Program-made: the position numbers and the translations under genes
In this document: piece after piece, positions 47,277-57,687 of the stretch
Layout of the letters: each line of letters starts with the position of its first letter
Position numbering within the stretch: position 1 is the first letter of the stretch
Assembly (NCBI GenBank): GCA_038239305.1
Contig: JBBSEW010000005.1
Span: 4,795-68,794, forward strand
Source: Thermoanaerobaculia bacterium
Lineage (GTDB): Bacteria > Acidobacteriota > Thermoanaerobaculia > UBA5066 > Gp7-AA6
Reading direction: 5' to 3'
DNA: 64,000 bases
The notes under the pieces: generated by a model
What the model was told of the DNA's origin: nothing
The model's input: the letters and a program-made list of their open reading frames with translations, nothing else
The model's database searches: none

Positions 47277-50006
47277 TCAGAACTCGAGGCGCAGGCCCAC
47301 TTCGAACCGCCGCGGACGCTGGTACGCGGTGTTGAAGTTGAACTGCGGATTATCCGGGTCCGCGAGGCTCGTCGTGCCGACGCTTCCGTTGCGGGCGACC
47401 GCGATCTCGGTGTTCAGAATGTTGAAGACCGAACCGATCACGCCAAGACGCACGGGGCCGACCATGAAGTCCTTCTGCAGCTGGGCGTCCCACTGGTAGA
47501 AGTGCGGGAGGCGCCGGGAGCCGCGGGGCTCCAGGAACTCGACGCCGTAGCCGGCCGGATCCGGGTTGTTGACCGTGATGTTGTAGGGGACGCCGCTATC
47601 CCAGTAGACGTGCGTGCCGAACGTGATGTCCAGCGGGAAACGGTAGAAGCCGTCGATCTTCACGCGGCTGCGCGCGTCGTCGGAGAGATAGCCATACCGA
47701 TCCACGAAGTGAACGGGGAACACATCGAAATCTGCCCCAGCGTTCTGCGTGTACTCGAGGGATCCCCTGGACTTCGAGTACGTGTACGAGGCGAGGATGC
47801 TCGCGCGGCTCGAGAGCCGGCTCTGGATGGTGAGGATCGCGCCGCGGTAGTCGGAACGGAGGTTGTTCTTGTCTCCATTCGGCGCGTTGGTCAGCCAGAA
47901 CGGGCCCGGGCAGTTGGACTGGTCGACGCAGCTGTCCTCGATGAGGTTCTTGCCTTCGCGGTAGACGTAGGCCAGGTCGATGCTCGTGTTGTCGAAGACC
48001 TTCTGGGTCACGCCAATGTTCGCTTCACGGGTATAGGCGGCGCGCAGAGCGGGGTCGATCAGGTTGCCCGACGCTCCGCCGAAGGCGCCGACAAAGACGT
48101 ACTTCTGACGGCTGCGGCTGAAGACGAACTCGGAGGTCACCGCCCCGGTCGTGCTGAGATAGCTCGGTAGCGAAAGACCGAGGTCTTCCATAAACTCGCC
48201 GCCCTGCACGCGCAGAACCGTCTGGGAGTTGTTGAAAATGTCGTACGCGATGCCGAGGCGGGGCTGGATCCGGTTGAGCGTCTTCACCTGCGTGTCGACG
48301 TCGTTGTAGAAGGTCTGCTCGTCGAACCGCGCGCCGAGCTTCAACGTCAGGTTCGCAACCGGACGCCACTCGTCCTGCGCGAAGAACGCCATCCCGTGAC
48401 CGGTGAACCTCTGCTCGGGCAGGCTCGTGGGCACGAGGAGGATGAACGGAGCGCCGTTGTTGGGCTCGTACTCCGCGCCGCAGACCGCTCCGGCCGGCTG
48501 CGCGAACGCTTCCGAGCAGAACGAGGAGTCCGGCGGGACACCGGTCGTGTTGTTGATGCTGCGGAACTTGGTCGTCTCGAGATCGGTTCCGACCTTGATC
48601 GCGTGGCTGCCGAGACCCTCGAAGAAATAAGTCGAGGACGCGAGCGCCTGCTGACGGTCGCGGTGGCTCTTCTGGAAGTTCGCGAAGTTGCCGGTCAGGA
48701 TCCCGGTGGCCGCGTCGAGGGAGCCCGGGGTCGTGAGATCGCCGCTCTGGGGCTGAGTCACGAGATAACCGTTCGTGAGACCGGCCTGGATATTCGCCGT
48801 CCAGTTGCTCGTGATCACGGCGTCGTAGTTCACGTTGTAAATCTCGGACTTCTGGTACTGCTCGGCGGCCGCTTCCGGCGAGATGAACTGCTGGGCGTCC
48901 ACGCCGTTCGGCGCGCCGCGGTTGTCCTGGTACGAGTTCGTGTACCGGAACTGGAACGAATGGCCCGTGACGGGAGAAGCGGTCAGTTTGCCGAACAGGT
49001 TCCATCCGTACCGCAGATCCGGGGCGGGCTCGAAATCGTTGACCGCGAAGGGCTGGTTGCGGTTCATGTTCCGAAGCGCATCACCGAAGAACCACACCTT
49101 GTCCCGGATGATCGGGCCGCCGATGCTGCCTTCGGGATTCAGGGTCCGATACTCCTGCAGGTTCTTGTCGTTGACGAGCTGATCCGACCCGGGCGGGAAG
49201 TCCGCCTTCCGGCTGCCCTGCGTCGTGAACTTGTTGCTCGTGTACCGGACGTCCGCCGTGCCGGAGAACGTGTTGCCGCCGGACTTCGTGATGATGTTCA
49301 GGATGCCGCCGACCGCGCGCCCGTACTCGGCTTCAAAGCCTCCCGTCTGGACGTTGATCTCCTGGATCGCGTCGAATCCGAAGTTCACGCCGAACGTGTG
49401 CGTGACCGGATCCGTCGTATTCAGACCGTCGATGAGATACGAGTTCTGACCCAGGTTCGCGCCGAAGACGGAGGGATTACCGCCCGCGCCGGCCTGATCG
49501 GCGACGCCGGGGATTACTTCCATCGCGTCCTGGTAGCTGCGGCCGGCCTGGCCGACCGACGCGTACTTCAGGAAGTCCTCCTTGAGGTTCACCTGGGTGT
49601 TCGCCTGCGTCGCGTCGACTACCTCCGTGTTCCCTGTGACGGTGAGGGCCTCACTCACCTGGCTGAGCGACATGCCGACGTTGACCTTCGTCGCCTTGTT
49701 GAGCGACACGACCACGCTGTCGCGCACCTGCGGCTCGAAGCCGGACAGGGCTGCTTCCACCCGATACGTGCCCGGAGGCAGCAGCGGGAAGTTGTAGTCG
49801 CCCGTCACGTTCGACGTGGCCGTACGCGTTCCCTGGAGTGACGGACTCGTGATCGTCACGGTCACTCCGGGAAGTGCCTTGCCCTCCGTATCCCGGACCG
49901 CTCCGAACAGCGATCCGGTCGTGCCGCTCGACTGCGCCCACAGCGAAGACGCGAAGGCGACTGCAGCGAGGAGCAGAATTGCGAGTCGAAAAGACCTGGC
50001 CATCAA
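47277..50006 (-). CDS. TonB-dependent outer-membrane receptor with N-terminal carboxypeptidase-regulatory-like domain
   Basis: Signal peptide; CarbopepD_reg-like domain GTYRVEAALSGFEPQ; C-terminal beta-barrel ending in an aromatic residue; AGGAGGG SD. Confidence 0.9.
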   Translation of the reverse strand: MMARSFRLAILLLAAVAFASSLWAQSSGTTGSLFGAVRDTEGKALPGVTVTITSPSLQGTRTATSNVTGDYNFPLLPPGTYRVEAALSGFEPQVRDSVVVSLNKATKVNVGMSLSQVSEALTVTGNTEVVDATQANTQVNLKEDFLKYASVGQAGRSYQDAMEVIPGVADQAGAGGNPSVFGANLGQNSYLIDGLNTTDPVTHTFGVNFGFDAIQEINVQTGGFEAEYGRAVGGILNIITKSGGNTFSGTADVRYTSNKFTTQGSRKADFPPGSDQLVNDKNLQEYRTLNPEGSIGGPIIRDKVWFFGDALRNMNRNQPFAVNDFEPAPDLRYGWNLFGKLTASPVTGHSFQFRYTNSYQDNRGAPNGVDAQQFISPEAAAEQYQKSEIYNVNYDAVITSNWTANIQAGLTNGYLVTQPQSGDLTTPGSLDAATGILTGNFANFQKSHRDRQQALASSTYFFEGLGSHAIKVGTDLETTKFRSINNTTGVPPDSSFCSEAFAQPAGAVCGAEYEPNNGAPFILLVPTSLPEQRFTGHGMAFFAQDEWRPVANLTLKLGARFDEQTFYNDVDTQVKTLNRIQPRLGIAYDIFNNSQTVLRVQGGEFMEDLGLSLPSYLSTTGAVTSEFVFSRSRQKYVFVGAFGGASGNLIDPALRAAYTREANIGVTQKVFDNTSIDLAYVYREGKNLIEDSCVDQSNCPGPFWLTNAPNGDKNNLRSDYRGAILTIQSRLSSRASILASYTYSKSRGSLEYTQNAGADFDVFPVHFVDRYGYLSDDARSRVKIDGFYRFPLDITFGTHVYWDSGVPYNITVNNPDPAGYGVEFLEPRGSRRLPHFYQWDAQLQKDFMVGPVRLGVIGSVFNILNTEIAVARNGSVGTTSLADPDNPQFNFNTAYQRPRRFEVGLRLEF

Positions 50007-50240
50007 ACCCTCCTAAAAGTTTTCGAACGCACTTCGGGGGAGCAACATCACTGCCATCGTGTGGCGCGCAAACACCCCGTATTCACGTTCGATTTCGCTT
50101 TCGCACGCGTTCGATAAATCCAGAATGTTGAGGAGCGCACCAAGAATCCGAATCGGGAAAAATTCCCGGCGCTCTTGTCGCGACACGATGTCCCGAGCGC
50201 GACTTTCCGGCGCACATCGCCCGTCGCGAAGTGTCGCGAT

Positions 50241-51827
50241 TCACGAGAACGACAACGCCGCGTTACGGAGCTCCTCCGAAGAGGGTCGAGAGGGCGACCT
50301 CGCGGCGGCCGCGAGTACGGCCGCCGCGGGATTCGACGGAGGACGCTCGAACGCAACGCGCGGAAGGTCCACGCGCTCGGAGCCCGGAGCGGACCCTTCA
50401 AGAAAACGCCGGGTCGCCTCACGCCCCGCGGAGCCGTCGAGGCCGAGGAGCGCGTGCGCCCCACCTCCGACGACGAACCGGCGGCCCCGGGAGAATCCCG
50501 CCATCACCTCCGTCGCGTTCTCCGCCGGCGCGTCGCCATCGAGCGTGCCGCTGACGAAGAGCACGGGCACGGAAGAACGGACGGGAGCGCGGAACTCGTC
50601 CGGCAGCGGCGCCACTCCCCACGCTCGGCAGATCCGGTCCTCGGCCAGGTCTGCCGCGTCGGGAAACGTCGACCGCGCACGGTCCCGGGCGATGCGGGAG
50701 ACACGCTCGCCGGACGCCCCCGAGGCGCACCGATTCGTGAACATCGTCGCGGGCGGTGGGGCGCCCAGGCGCCATACGGCTGCGGCGTTTCCGAGCTCCG
50801 AGAAATCTCCGTCCGCCATGGCGGCGTAGAACGCCGGAATGCGGGCGATCGACTCGCGGGCCGAGAGCAGCGTCCTCGTGTACCACGCGAGGTCGAACCG
50901 GCCCACCACGACGGCTGCGGTCGATCCGTCGGGCCGCGTCACGGATACCGTCACCGGCCGTACCTCGAGCCGGTCGCGGACATCGCGCACCAGCACCTGG
51001 AGATCGGGCACGCGCTCGGAAACCGCCGGATCCCGCCTTACGAGCATCGCGATCTCCGCGAGCTGATCCTCGAGACCGGCCGGCGAACGCCGCAAGTGGT
51101 CGGGGCCCACGACGCCTGCGAGCACCGCCCTTTCGATCCGGTCCTCGTGCGCCCGAATCACGGCGAGCGCGAGGTGCGTCCCGTAACTGCCCGCGAGGAG
51201 GCGGAGCTTCTCCGCGCCGAGGGCGAGCCGGAGGTCTTCGAGATCTTCCGCGCTCTCCCGCGTGTTGTACGCGGCGAGATCGACTCCCGCGTTCCTCCAG
51301 CGATCGCCGCAGGCATGCGCTACCAATTCGAGAGCATCGAGGGACTGCACGCGATCGAGCGGAACATCCATGGGGAACCGGATGAGGCCGGGGCAATCGA
51401 GGCTCGGAACCGAAAGCCCCGTCCCCCGCTGGTCCAGGATGACGACGTCGCCCGACTCCCGCAGCTCGAGGAAGAGGCGCAGCAGCGGGCTGTCGAGATC
51501 CGACGTTCCCGCCCATCCCGGTCCGCCCGCGAGCCACACGACCGGCGAGCCCGGCCGGCGAGCGGTCGAAGGAATGCGGACGAACGCGAGCTCGATCTGC
51601 CGGGCGGAACCGGACACGCGGCTCTCGGGAACGGAAAAGCGCACGAGCTCCGCGCGCACGACGGGAATTCCGTAGGACGACACGATCGGGTACGGCTCAG
51701 ACCGGACGACCGGACGAGGGCGCGCTTCCGGAAGCGTCTCCGCCGGGGCCGCGCCGGGCGCCGATGGCAAAGCGGAAGCCGAAGCGGAGATCAGCGAAAC
51801 AAACACTGCCAGTAGCTCGCTGCGCAT
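50241..51827 (-). CDS. secreted alpha/beta-hydrolase (prolyl aminopeptidase S33-like)
   Basis: GGPGWAG oxyanion region and GSYGTHLA nucleophile elbow; GGGAGG SD before ATG at 51827; upstream ORF part is shadow. Confidence 0.75.
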   Translation of the reverse strand: MRSELLAVFVSLISASASALPSAPGAAPAETLPEARPRPVVRSEPYPIVSSYGIPVVRAELVRFSVPESRVSGSARQIELAFVRIPSTARRPGSPVVWLAGGPGWAGTSDLDSPLLRLFLELRESGDVVILDQRGTGLSVPSLDCPGLIRFPMDVPLDRVQSLDALELVAHACGDRWRNAGVDLAAYNTRESAEDLEDLRLALGAEKLRLLAGSYGTHLALAVIRAHEDRIERAVLAGVVGPDHLRRSPAGLEDQLAEIAMLVRRDPAVSERVPDLQVLVRDVRDRLEVRPVTVSVTRPDGSTAAVVVGRFDLAWYTRTLLSARESIARIPAFYAAMADGDFSELGNAAAVWRLGAPPPATMFTNRCASGASGERVSRIARDRARSTFPDAADLAEDRICRAWGVAPLPDEFRAPVRSSVPVLFVSGTLDGDAPAENATEVMAGFSRGRRFVVGGGAHALLGLDGSAGREATRRFLEGSAPGSERVDLPRVAFERPPSNPAAAVLAAAARSPSRPSSEELRNAALSFS

Positions 51828-52104
51828 TCCAAACCTCCCTGGTCTCCGTCGGGAGATACGGGCGTCGGGACGCGCAGTTTCGTGTGCTCGCCACGATTCC
51901 ACACGTCCATTTTCGCAATGCCAGACGCGCGTTTTGGATTGCGAGGCCGACTGTCGCGAGACGCTGAGACGCCCTGGCGCACGTCCCCGCGTCTCGTCCT
52001 TTCCGGCGGCCTCTTCATCCGCGAAATCGTGAGGAGCGCGCCGCGGAGACCCGGGCGGAAACCGAACGATCCGTCGTGAGACGGCCATCTCATAGAATCC
52101 GTTC

Positions 52105-53340
52105 ATGGCAATCGTTCGACCTTTTTCCGCGCTCCGGCCGGCGCCCGGGACCGCGGCGAGAGTCTCCGCCGTGCCTTACGACGTCGTCAGCACGGAGGAG
52201 GCGCGCCACCTCGCCGCCGACAACCCGCTTTCCTTTCTCCACGTCTCGCGGCCGGAAATCGACCTTCCGGAAGGCGCCGATCCGCATTCAGACGTCGCGT
52301 ATCAGAAGGCTGCCGAGAGCTTTGAAACGCTGAAGGTCGCCGCGCCTCTTCATGCGGAAGGCGAGGCATCCCTTTACGTTTACCGCCTTCGAATGGGCAC
52401 GCACGAGCAGACGGGAGTCGCGGCGAGCTGTTCCCTGGCGGAATACGACGCCGACATCGTGCGCAAGCACGAGCGCACCCGGAAGGACAAGGAGGACGAT
52501 CGAACGCGGCACATGATCGCGCTCTCGGCTCAAACGGGCCCCGTCTTTCTCACCTATCGCGACTCCGTCGCCATCGATGTCCTGGTCGACGAAGCGAAGG
52601 CCGCCTCCCCGCTCTACGACTTCGAGGCGGAGGACGGCGTGCGGCACACCGTGTGGCGGATGTCTACCGACGCCGCGCGGAGCCTCGAAGCCGCGTTCGA
52701 AAACGTGCCCTTTCTCTATATCGCCGACGGCCACCACCGCGCCGCCAGCGCGAGCCGCGCGCGCGTCCACTACCGCCAGCACGCGCCGGCCGGTCTGCAC
52801 GAAGGAGAAGGCGAGTTCGACTTCTTCCTCGCAGTGGTGTTCCCCGCGAGCCAGGTCCGCATCCTTCCCTATAACCGCGCCGTCCACGAGCTGAACGGCT
52901 TGTCGCCGGAAGGTCTTCTGGACGCTGTCGGAAAGCGATTCACGATCACGGCGGACGCGCCCGCCTCCCCTGCCCGACGCGGCGAGATCGCGATGTATCT
53001 CGGCGGCCGCTGGTATGGCCTCGCCGACCGGGAACCGGGCCACTCGGCCGGCGCGATCGACGCCCTCGATGTGTCGGTCCTCCAGGAGCGGCTGCTCTCT
53101 CCGGTCCTCGGAATTCGAGATATCCGCACCGACAAGCGGATCGAGTTCGTCGGCGGGATCCGCGGGCCGGCCGAGCTCGAACGCCTCGTGGATTCGGGCC
53201 AGGCCGCCGTCGCTTTTTCTCTCTACCCCGTGTCGCTCGACGAGCTGATGGCGATCTCCGACTCCGGCGAGATCATGCCGCCGAAATCCACCTGGTTCGA
53301 GCCGAAGCTGCGGGACGGTCTTCTCGTCCACATGATCTGA
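52105..53340 (+). CDS. DUF1015-family protein
   Basis: Conserved DUF1015-like core (IADGHHR); immediately upstream of serA and serC. Confidence 0.75.
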   Translation: MAIVRPFSALRPAPGTAARVSAVPYDVVSTEEARHLAADNPLSFLHVSRPEIDLPEGADPHSDVAYQKAAESFETLKVAAPLHAEGEASLYVYRLRMGTHEQTGVAASCSLAEYDADIVRKHERTRKDKEDDRTRHMIALSAQTGPVFLTYRDSVAIDVLVDEAKAASPLYDFEAEDGVRHTVWRMSTDAARSLEAAFENVPFLYIADGHHRAASASRARVHYRQHAPAGLHEGEGEFDFFLAVVFPASQVRILPYNRAVHELNGLSPEGLLDAVGKRFTITADAPASPARRGEIAMYLGGRWYGLADREPGHSAGAIDALDVSVLQERLLSPVLGIRDIRTDKRIEFVGGIRGPAELERLVDSGQAAVAFSLYPVSLDELMAISDSGEIMPPKSTWFEPKLRDGLLVHMI

Positions 53341-53409
53341 CCCCCGCCGGCCGAGCGCCCACCGCCACAAACCTCTCGAGATTCCGCCGGACGCATAGAA
53401 TCGCGGCTC

Positions 53410-54612
53410 ATGAAAGTGCTCGTCGCGGATAAGTTCGAGAAGTCGGGCCTCCAAGGCCTCGCGGCCGCCGGATGCGAGGTCCTCTCCGAGCCGGATCTCA
53501 AGGACGACGCGCTCACGGAACGCATACGCTCTTCGGGTGCGGAAATCCTGGTCGTGCGGTCGACGAAAGTCACGCGCCCCATGCTCGAAGCCGGAAAGCT
53601 CGCCCTCGTGATCCGGGCGGGAGCCGGATACAACACGATCGACGTCGAAGCGGCGTCGGAACGGGGCATCTACGTCGCCAACTGCCCCGGCAAGAACTCG
53701 ATCGCGGTCGCCGAGCTCGCGTTCGGCCTGATCCTGGCGCTCGACCGGCGGATCGCCGACAACGCGTCGGACCTGAAGCAGGGCGCCTGGAACAAGAAGG
53801 AATACAGCAAGGCCGCCGGCCTCTTCGGACGCACGCTCGGACTGATCGGGATGGGCGGTATCGGCCGGGAAATGGTTCCGCGCGCGAAGGCGTTCGGGAT
53901 GCCGGTCATCGCGTGGAGCCGCAGCCTGACGGCTGAATCGGCGCGCGCGCTCGGTGTCGAGAGGCGCGAAGATCTTCTCTCCGTCGCGCGGGAGTCGGAC
54001 GTCGTCAGCGTGCACGTCGCGCTGAAACCCGAGACCCGCGGTCTCATCGGATCGGAATTTCTGTCCGCCATGCGGCCCGGCGCCTTTTTCATCAACACTT
54101 CGCGCGCCGAGGTCATCGACCAGGCGGCTCTCGAGAACGCCATCCGGGAGAAGGGCCTGCGCGCCGGCCTCGATGTCTTCGAGGGCGAGCCGGCGGGCGC
54201 CTCCGGCCCGGTGGAGGCCGCGATCTTCCAGCTTCCCGGCGTCGTGGGCACGCATCACATCGGAGCATCGACCGACCAGGCGCAGGAAGCGATTGCAGCG
54301 GAGACCGTCCGGATCGTGCGCGTCTACCGGGAGAGCGGCCGCGCTCCGAACGTCGTCAATCTCGCGCGGAAGTCGCCGGCCACCCATCTCCTGGTCGTGC
54401 GGCACCTCGACCGCGTGGGCGTGCTCGCGGCGGTCTTCGACTCGATCAAGCAGGCGGGCATCAATGTGCAGGAGACGGAGAACATCGTTTTCGACGGCGC
54501 GCAGGCGGCCGTGGCGCGCATCCACCTGAATCAGGAGCCCGCGAAAGACGTGCTCGAGCGCATCCGCCGCTCGTCCCCGGACATCATCGAGATCGCCCTC
54601 CTCCCGCTTTGA
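53410..54612 (+). CDS. serA: D-3-phosphoglycerate dehydrogenase with C-terminal ACT-like domain
   Basis: 2-Hacid dehydrogenase motifs (GLIGMGGIGREM; catalytic R/E/H); ~400 aa. Confidence 0.9.
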   Translation: MKVLVADKFEKSGLQGLAAAGCEVLSEPDLKDDALTERIRSSGAEILVVRSTKVTRPMLEAGKLALVIRAGAGYNTIDVEAASERGIYVANCPGKNSIAVAELAFGLILALDRRIADNASDLKQGAWNKKEYSKAAGLFGRTLGLIGMGGIGREMVPRAKAFGMPVIAWSRSLTAESARALGVERREDLLSVARESDVVSVHVALKPETRGLIGSEFLSAMRPGAFFINTSRAEVIDQAALENAIREKGLRAGLDVFEGEPAGASGPVEAAIFQLPGVVGTHHIGASTDQAQEAIAAETVRIVRVYRESGRAPNVVNLARKSPATHLLVVRHLDRVGVLAAVFDSIKQAGINVQETENIVFDGAQAAVARIHLNQEPAKDVLERIRRSSPDIIEIALLPL

Positions 54613-54655
54613 ACCGGGAGAACGAAACAGCAGAGCGGTCAACGCGCTGAGCGAG

Positions 54656-54704
54656 AGCGAAGAGCGAAGTGCGAAGAGCGAAGAGCGAAGAGCGAAGAGC
54701 GAAC
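54656..54704. repeat. tandem heptamer array GCGAAGA x7
   Basis: gcgaagagcgaagtgcgaagagcgaagagcgaagagcgaagagcgaaca between the serA stop and the serC start. Confidence 0.85.
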
Positions 54705-54720
54705 AAGAAAAGGCACAAAC

Positions 54721-55812
54721 ATGACAACGCCCCGCATCTCCAACTTCTCCGCCGGACCGGCCGTTCTTCCCGAAGAGGTCCTCGCCGAGGCGCAGCGGGA
54801 TCTGATGGCGCTTCCGGGCGTCGGCATGTCGATTCTCGAGATCAGCCACCGTTCGAAGACATTCGAGTCGATCATCGCGGCCTGCGAGGCGGACATGCGG
54901 ACCCTCGCGAAAATCCCCTCGAACTACCGCGTCCTCTTCCTGCAGGGCGGCGCATCGCTCCAGTTCTCGATGGTCCCGATGAACCTGTTGCCGGCAGGCG
55001 GAAAAGCGGACTACATCCTGACGGGCTCGTGGTCGGAGAAAGCCGTCGCGGAAGCGCAAAAGGTCGGCACCGTGCAGATCGCCGGTTCCACGAAGGCCGA
55101 GAACTACGCGCGCATCCCCGAGGACTCCGAGATCCGGATCGACCCGGACGCGGCCTACCTCCACTTCACGACGAACAACACGATCTTCGGAACCGAGTGG
55201 AGCCGCGAGCCGCAGGCCGGCTCCGTTCCGCTCGTCGCGGATGCATCTTCGGACATCTTCAGCCGGCCGATCGACGTCGCCCGGTACGGCCTGATTTACG
55301 CCGGAGCCCAGAAGAACCTCGCGCCGGCCGGAGTCACGATCGCGATCCTCCGCGATGACTTGCTCGCGCGCAGTCCGAAGAATCTTCCGACGATGCTCGA
55401 CTACAACACGCACGCGAAAGACAAGTCGCTCTACAACACCCCTCCCGTGTTCACGATTTACGTGATGGGGCTGGTGATGAAGTGGCTGCTCGCGCAGGGC
55501 GGCCTCGAGGCGATCGGTCGGCGCAACGCCGAAAAAGCGGCCCTGCTCTACGACGCGATCGATGGCTCGGGCGGGTTCTATCGGGCTCACGCCAAACCGG
55601 GCAGCCGGTCCAGCATGAACGTCGCGTTCCGCCTGCCGTCAGAGGATCTCGAGAAGGCCTTCGTCGCGCAGGCGACGCCCCAGGGATTCGACGGCTTGAA
55701 AGGTCACCGCTCTGTCGGAGGAATCCGGGCCTCGATCTACAACGCCTTTCCGCGCTCGGGAGTCGAAGCTCTCGCGGCGTTCATGACGGAGTTCCAGAAA
55801 AAGAACGGCTGA
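54721..55812 (+). CDS. serC: 3-phosphoserine/phosphohydroxythreonine aminotransferase
   Basis: Full-length SerC-like sequence (FSAGPAVLPEEVL ... GGIRASIYNA). Confidence 0.95.
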   Translation: MTTPRISNFSAGPAVLPEEVLAEAQRDLMALPGVGMSILEISHRSKTFESIIAACEADMRTLAKIPSNYRVLFLQGGASLQFSMVPMNLLPAGGKADYILTGSWSEKAVAEAQKVGTVQIAGSTKAENYARIPEDSEIRIDPDAAYLHFTTNNTIFGTEWSREPQAGSVPLVADASSDIFSRPIDVARYGLIYAGAQKNLAPAGVTIAILRDDLLARSPKNLPTMLDYNTHAKDKSLYNTPPVFTIYVMGLVMKWLLAQGGLEAIGRRNAEKAALLYDAIDGSGGFYRAHAKPGSRSSMNVAFRLPSEDLEKAFVAQATPQGFDGLKGHRSVGGIRASIYNAFPRSGVEALAAFMTEFQKKNG

Positions 55813-55864
55813 GACCCCCGGCCGCGTCTTCCTTTGCCGGCGAGAAATCGGGCGGTCGGCTTCA

Positions 55865-56188
55865 AGTCCGCGACGCGAGCGCGTTCACGGAGTCGAGAAG
55901 GAAGGCGAGTGTCTTGAGCTCCGACGCGAGGCCGTGGCCGTCCTCGGTCTCCGTGGCGACGAACGCGATCGTCCGGCTCGCCATTTCGAGGCGGAATCGA
56001 AAGAACCCGGTGTCCTCGAGCTGAACCGTGCGCAAGCACTGGCGCCAGTGCTCGTCCACGTCGCCCGTGAGTGGAATCATGCACCGCACCCGCGTGCCGA
56101 GAGGACCCGAGCCCATCTCGATCCGGCGCATGCCGTTTCGATCGAGGGCGACCCGGTAAATCCTGCGTTCCCGCGCCGTGACATCCAT
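55865..56188 (-). CDS. hypothetical small protein (108 aa)
   Basis: GGAGG SD 6 nt before ATG at 56188; protein-like C-terminus of an otherwise R-rich shadow ORF. Confidence 0.5.
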
Positions 56189-56358
56189 GAGAGCCTCCGT
56201 CCACTCCGAGTGCAAGGGACATGCTCCGGCCCGCTTCCGCTCATTCGCGCGGCACGGGCGGCCTCCATTTCCTCCTGTCATCAGCGGGTTACGGGGCGAA
56301 AGGGGAGACGCCGGACGGCGAGCCGATCCGCGCGGCGCACCGAAGGCCCGCAAAACCG

Positions 56359-57687
56359 TTACAAACCGTAACGCTTCTCGGATCGCGAACGGAGCAGCTG
56401 TCGGGCGGCGCGGCGGCCCGTCCCGATCGCTCCGACGACCGTGCCGCTCTGATCGGGATGCAGGCCTTCGCCCGCGAAGAAGAGCGTCCCGCCGGCTGGC
56501 CGCGCGAGAACTCGCCGCGCCGGCACTCCGCCGGGAGCCAGGTAGCTGTAGGCGCCCCGCGAGAACGGGTCCGCCTGCCAGTCGTGCGTCCGCCACGCCT
56601 CGAGAAGAGACGACACGCGGCGGACCGAGAGACCGAGAAGCGAAGCGATCGTCGCGCACGCGCGCGCCGCCAGCTCCTCCTCGGGAATGGCAGCCAGGAC
56701 GGATGCCGCGGGTCCGCCCGCCCACGCGGTCAGAATCGGCGCTTCGACCGGCGCCGCGCTCCACCACGCCGGAAATGCCGCTCCGCGCGCCTGCAGAAAT
56801 CCGAGGCGGGGACCGGTCTGCTCTCGCGAACCGGAGCTCGCGGAATCCCAGAATTTTTCCCGGAAGCGAAGAACGATCTTCACGACGGGGCCCATCTCGA
56901 TTCTCTCGAGAGCGCGCCGTTTCTCCGGCAGCTCGGGCTCGAAAACGATCGCGCCTTCCGTGCCGGCCGGAGCCTTCCAGACGCCGACCGGCACGGTCAC
57001 GAGGGCATGCGCCGCGCCGAAGCGGACGAGCTCCCCGGTAACGGCCGCTTCGATCTCGACGGAGCGACGCGCCCATCGGATCGTGCGAACGACGGTTCCC
57101 AGGCGCAGGGAAACCGATCCCGGCCCGGCAGAGTGCGCGAGCCAGTCGGTGAGCCGGTCGTACCCGTTGATCACGCGAAACTGGTCGTGACTCTCCGGCT
57201 CCCGGCCGCGCGTCGAGATCGACTGCTCGCTCAGCCGATCCGACGGCGCGGCTTCGTAGCCTTCGACGAACGAAAGCAACAGGTCGCGCACGCGCCGTGA
57301 GATCCGCGGATGAGCGGCAAGGAACTCCGCGACGCTCCGGTCCTTTCCGGCGTTGCGCATGAGCGCCGTGATCGCGCCGGTCGTTCGCCAGATGTCCTCG
57401 TGCTTCCATCCGCCGCGGCCCCGGCTCCAGTGAACGTCCGCGAGCTGGACGGCGAGCAGACCGGACGCCTCGAGAATTCCGAGAGTCGCCCGGGGACGCC
57501 CGTGGATGAACTCGGGCCCGAGCTCGATCGGGAGCGGCCACGAGGGGTCGCGGACGGTCGCGATTCTTCCCCCCGATCTTTCTCGAGCGTCGAGCACGAT
57601 CACCGAGAGTCCCGCCAGCGACAGGTCTTTCGCTGCGGCCAGCCCCGCGGCTCCGGCGCCGACGACGAGGACGTCCGAACGGATCAC
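56359..57687 (-). CDS. FAD-dependent flavin amine oxidase family oxidoreductase
   Basis: VLVVGAGAAGLAAAKDL dinucleotide-binding motif; GTG start overlaps the upstream stop (GTGA). Confidence 0.8.
   Translation of the reverse strand: MIRSDVLVVGAGAAGLAAAKDLSLAGLSVIVLDARERSGGRIATVRDPSWPLPIELGPEFIHGRPRATLGILEASGLLAVQLADVHWSRGRGGWKHEDIWRTTGAITALMRNAGKDRSVAEFLAAHPRISRRVRDLLLSFVEGYEAAPSDRLSEQSISTRGREPESHDQFRVINGYDRLTDWLAHSAGPGSVSLRLGTVVRTIRWARRSVEIEAAVTGELVRFGAAHALVTVPVGVWKAPAGTEGAIVFEPELPEKRRALERIEMGPVVKIVLRFREKFWDSASSGSREQTGPRLGFLQARGAAFPAWWSAAPVEAPILTAWAGGPAASVLAAIPEEELAARACATIASLLGLSVRRVSSLLEAWRTHDWQADPFSRGAYSYLAPGGVPARRVLARPAGGTLFFAGEGLHPDQSGTVVGAIGTGRRAARQLLRSRSEKRYGL

Noticed and set aside
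52288-55590. 1100-aa minus ORF
   Set aside because: Shadow across DUF1015, serA and serC.
55862-57541. 559-aa minus ORF and 56221-57300 plus ORF
   Set aside because: Only the C-terminal 108 aa (55865-56188) is protein-like. The remainder is a shadow of the amine oxidase frame.
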